Assembly: GCA_001780275.1 (NCBI GenBank)
Contig: MFGB01000023.1
Coordinates: 5,375 to 69,374 of the forward strand
Reading direction: 5' to 3'
Source: Candidatus Falkowbacteria bacterium RIFOXYA2_FULL_47_19
GTDB taxonomy: Bacteria; Patescibacteriota; Patescibacteriia; Patescibacteriales; UBA12075
DNA length: 64,000 bases
In this document: positions 61,095 through 64,000 of the stretch, one piece after another
How the letters are laid out: the number at the start of each line of letters is the position of its first letter
Numbering within the stretch: position 1 is the stretch's first letter
Notes under the pieces: generated by a model
Seen by the model: only the letters and a program-made list of their open reading frames with translations
Databases searched by the model: none
Told to the model about the DNA's origin: nothing
Position numbers and translations under genes: made by a program

Positions 61095-61125
61095 GGACAG
61101 TGTTCGAACCAAATTGAACAATAAT
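61095..61125 (+). repeat. Imperfect direct repeat, copy 2
   Basis: Matches 59849-59880; abuts the lmuB stop codon. Confidence 0.8.
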
Positions 61126-62871
61126 CTATACTTCTCTATAAGATGTTTTTAATAACTGATCTTGTCTTGTTAATGTTAGTCTAACCTTGTCTTTATAATC
61201 AAAATCAAATTCATTAACAACAGAATCAAATTCATCTTTATTTACTGTTACAATATATTGAAAATTATTTCCCGACAGCTCTTGTTTGTATAAATAATTA
61301 AATGCTTTTACCATATCGTCTGTTCCGGCAGAAGCAAAAATATTATCATGTATTAAAAAACCAGGATGTTTTTTTGACGTATGTATATTGAGCATTAACA
61401 ATACATCGTAAATAAAGGTACGAGTTCGATTAACACCCGAACCACCATCCAAATTCACCCTATAATCGATATTAATATATTCTGCGCTCTCCTTTGTTTC
61501 AATATTAAAATGACACTCTTTATTTCCAGCTATAAATTCATGAATATTTTTTAAGTCGTTTTCAAAGTCACTAATTACATTTGATAATTCAAATATTTTA
61601 GAATCCAAATCGTCTAAAATTTCCCTGTTCTGCTTCTTAATTTTTTTTCTCTCATTTCTTTGTTCTTCTAAAATCTTATATTTTTCACTTAAATTTGCTA
61701 ACTCATTGTTTTTCTCCCTATGATTAATAATTGCTTCTCTTAAATTTTCAATTTTTTCTTTCGTATTATTAATTTGATAAATTTTTGATAATTTACTGTC
61801 TATATGTGCCCGGCTATCCTCGAGAAGCATTCTTTCTTCTTGGAGGCTTTTTAGCTTTCTTGACATTAAATTATTTTGAAAACTATCAATTTGTTTTTTA
61901 AATTCCATTACCTGATCAATAGACTTTTTCACTAAATCACCTAAGCCAAGCTTATATTGATTATAAATAATTTTAATATCGTTAGAATTTATTTGTTCGA
62001 TTTTCGGTAAATTTTTTATTCTTTGAATTGCATAATCTTTTGCACTCAGTTCTGTTAATACACGATCTAGCTCAATAGATAATTTGTTAAAATCATCATT
62101 GGTTTGTTTTGACCCCTCGCTTGGCTTCAGATCATCTATTGCTGAGCCCAACTTATTAACCTTGTCTTCAAGTTCGTTTAAATATGATTTTATTCTTTTG
62201 CTATCTGTACCAGCCATTTTAAAACTACTATTTATGGATGTGATAACTTTTTTTATTTGTTCCATTTTTCCATAATTTTTATTTAATTCATCAGCTTTCG
62301 AAATATCAAAATTAAATAGATACAAGTGAGGTTTAATTAAATAGGAATAATTTCTAACACCATGAAATGCCTTTACAATATCATCGTAATTTGTTTTTTC
62401 GTCACGTATAATAATTGATAAAATATTTCTCAAGGAAGGATGATTTTCTAAATCTGGATAAAACAAATATTCCAAATAATCCTTTGCGCTTTGCAGTGTA
62501 TTAAAAATTTTTTCTGATTGATCATCAATGATAAATATATCCTTCTTCTCATCTCTTGTTCTTTTTATTGTAACTATTTTAACATACTCTGTTGTTTCAA
62601 TTTCTAATTCTAAGCATACAAAAATGTCGTCATTAAAAGTGATAACTGGTATTTTATCAATTCTGCTTTCTTTTAAGTCCTTTAATAGACAAAAATTTAT
62701 CATTTCTGTCATCAATGATTTACCGACACTATTCATTTTTTTTCCTGTCACTTTATCGGAATCAACTTTTTCTCCAATAACAAAATTGAGGCCTTTTTTA
62801 AATTCAATCGGCTCAATAACTCGCGTGCTAAAATTATTTGGTTCAAAAAAAAGTTTTTTTATTCTTATCAT
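61126..62871 (-). CDS. lmuB: SMC/ABC-type coiled-coil ATPase (DUF2326-type) of a Lamassu/ABC-three-component system
   Basis: IEF.KGLN...G; Walker A NSVGKS; long coiled coil; signature-like GGSG; Walker B FLIHD; FQYIVT.N. Confidence 0.82.
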   Translation of the reverse strand: MIRIKKLFFEPNNFSTRVIEPIEFKKGLNFVIGEKVDSDKVTGKKMNSVGKSLMTEMINFCLLKDLKESRIDKIPVITFNDDIFVCLELEIETTEYVKIVTIKRTRDEKKDIFIIDDQSEKIFNTLQSAKDYLEYLFYPDLENHPSLRNILSIIIRDEKTNYDDIVKAFHGVRNYSYLIKPHLYLFNFDISKADELNKNYGKMEQIKKVITSINSSFKMAGTDSKRIKSYLNELEDKVNKLGSAIDDLKPSEGSKQTNDDFNKLSIELDRVLTELSAKDYAIQRIKNLPKIEQINSNDIKIIYNQYKLGLGDLVKKSIDQVMEFKKQIDSFQNNLMSRKLKSLQEERMLLEDSRAHIDSKLSKIYQINNTKEKIENLREAIINHREKNNELANLSEKYKILEEQRNERKKIKKQNREILDDLDSKIFELSNVISDFENDLKNIHEFIAGNKECHFNIETKESAEYINIDYRVNLDGGSGVNRTRTFIYDVLLMLNIHTSKKHPGFLIHDNIFASAGTDDMVKAFNYLYKQELSGNNFQYIVTVNKDEFDSVVNEFDFDYKDKVRLTLTRQDQLLKTSYREV

Positions 62872-63116
62872 TTTGATAATTTATAAACATATGGCTCACT
62901 AAAATCAATTAAACCAGTTATATATAAAAAAATAAGTGCTTGCATAGTGGAGGAATAATTAAATACATTGTTTTTGCTTTTTACTTCCGCATAAATATCA
63001 AAAATACTTACACGTTCCTTTTTCTTTAGAATTCTTAAAATTAAATATCCTACGTAAACAGAAGACAATTTCAGATCTTGTTCTGCACTTACTAAATTTT
63101 TTTTATCTATTCTCAT
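62868..63116 (-). CDS. lmuC: ABC-3C middle component (LmuC-like)
   Basis: 82 aa; S.Y.G..IL..L and AL.FLY..GLI; overlaps both neighbours. Confidence 0.75.
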   Translation of the reverse strand: MRIDKKNLVSAEQDLKLSSVYVGYLILRILKKKERVSIFDIYAEVKSKNNVFNYSSTMQALIFLYITGLIDFSEPYVYKLSK

Positions 63117-63669
63117 TGGAATTGTCTATTGGATTTGGAAAAATATTACAATTAATTAACTCTTTGAACAAATAAAATTCTACAGCTACATGATCGTAAC
63201 ATTGATCACAATCACACAAATTTTTATCTAATTCATCTGCAAAATATTTAACCAACTCTTTTAGCCCCAATAAAGGATTACCTCCATTTGCAGAAAGACA
63301 CTCCCTGCTTTTCTCCCTTAAAAAAAGTGCGATTTTGTCGGATATAATTTCTATGTTTTCAATATACTTTATTGCCTCTGTGTAACTTTGGCTATACACA
63401 TCAAGAAGTTCGGAGTATCGATTTTTTAAATCTTCTCTATATTTTAGAAATCTATCATCCAATTTTATTACTAAATCTTTTTCGCTATCCTCCCTTACTT
63501 GATTATTTGCTTTTTCACCTATTAGAATGATTAATTCCGTTATAGTTTTTATCTGAATACTTTTGTTTTTCGGATAATTAAAAACATTATCACCAAAATG
63601 ATTTTTTTCAGCTTGACCATTAATTACCGGGGAATTTTTGCCCTTTGTATTAGATGTATTATCTAACAT
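63103..63669 (-). CDS. lmuA: LmuA-like ABC-3C CTD protein lacking an enzymatic effector; N-terminal repeated motif
   Basis: First-gene position before MC and ATPase; helical CTD ending in the CNIFPNP motif; only about 35 aa precede the CTD. Confidence 0.7.
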   Translation of the reverse strand: MLDNTSNTKGKNSPVINGQAEKNHFGDNVFNYPKNKSIQIKTITELIILIGEKANNQVREDSEKDLVIKLDDRFLKYREDLKNRYSELLDVYSQSYTEAIKYIENIEIISDKIALFLREKSRECLSANGGNPLLGLKELVKYFADELDKNLCDCDQCYDHVAVEFYLFKELINCNIFPNPIDNSNENR

Positions 63670-63735
63670 TTAGTTATCACCAAAATGATTTTTTTCAGCT
63701 TGACCATTAATTACCGGGGAATTTTTGCCCTTTGT
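63587..63735. repeat. 62-bp identical direct repeat (63587-63648 and 63674-63735), 87-bp period
   Basis: TTATCACCAAAATGATTTTTTTCAGCTTGACCATTAATTACCGGGGAATTTTTGCCCTTTGT twice; extends to 74 bp with 2 mismatches. Confidence 0.97.
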
Positions 63736-63837
63736 TTTAGATATATTTAAATATCTGTTAGTAACAGCGTAGGAAGTAAATCCCCCTGCGATTATTCCTG
63801 AAATTATACTTACTATAAGATTTAATAATATTTCCAT
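63670..63837 (-). CDS. 55-aa single-TM protein whose C-terminal motif is shared with LmuA (not in the ORF track)
   Basis: MEILLNLIVSIISGIIAGGFTSYAVTNRYLNISKTKGKNSPVINGQAEKNHFGDN*; its TAA directly abuts the lmuA ATG (TAAATG). Confidence 0.8.
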   Translation of the reverse strand: MEILLNLIVSIISGIIAGGFTSYAVTNRYLNISKTKGKNSPVINGQAEKNHFGDN

Positions 63838-64000
63838 AGTTTTAGTTTAGAATTAATAAGCTTATTTTTATATAAAAAAAGACACTTAAAAATCAATTTC
63901 TATTTCGGAAATTCTGTCAAGTTCAAAATTAATTGAATTTTTAATGCCCTCAATTTTTTTATATTTTTCGGCTATTTCTTTTTGTTCATCTAAATCGTAA

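Overview
This is an accessory-rich window from a bacterium that looks like Patescibacteria/CPR. That assignment is inferred from CPR-typical secreted repeat domains and protein families and from AT-rich leaders that mostly lack a Shine-Dalgarno; code 11 fits. 0.9-10.7 kb is an AT-rich defence cluster: GIY-YIG nuclease, DUF262/DUF1524 nuclease, Dam-family methylase, Type I RM hsdRMS and an orphan PemK/MazF-like toxin. 11-45 kb is GC-richer: lipoproteins and secreted proteins, an SPFH pair, radC copies, a MarR-maf operon, a radical SAM/SPASM enzyme with a coupled Cys-rich peptide, and a gene-poor 2.7 kb stretch holding a long tandem repeat. 45-64 kb is AT-rich and island-like: tRNA-3'-end att-like scars, a TPR-GreAB-PIN conflict protein and a Lamassu/ABC-three-component operon. 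The top finding concerns that operon. Its LmuA-like protein has no enzymatic effector domain and starts with a 21-aa G/N-rich motif. The same motif ends an unannotated 55-aa single-TM protein encoded immediately upstream. This suggests homotypic, possibly amyloid-type, signalling from a Lamassu sensor to a separate membrane effector. All family assignments come from reading motifs by eye; no database search was run.
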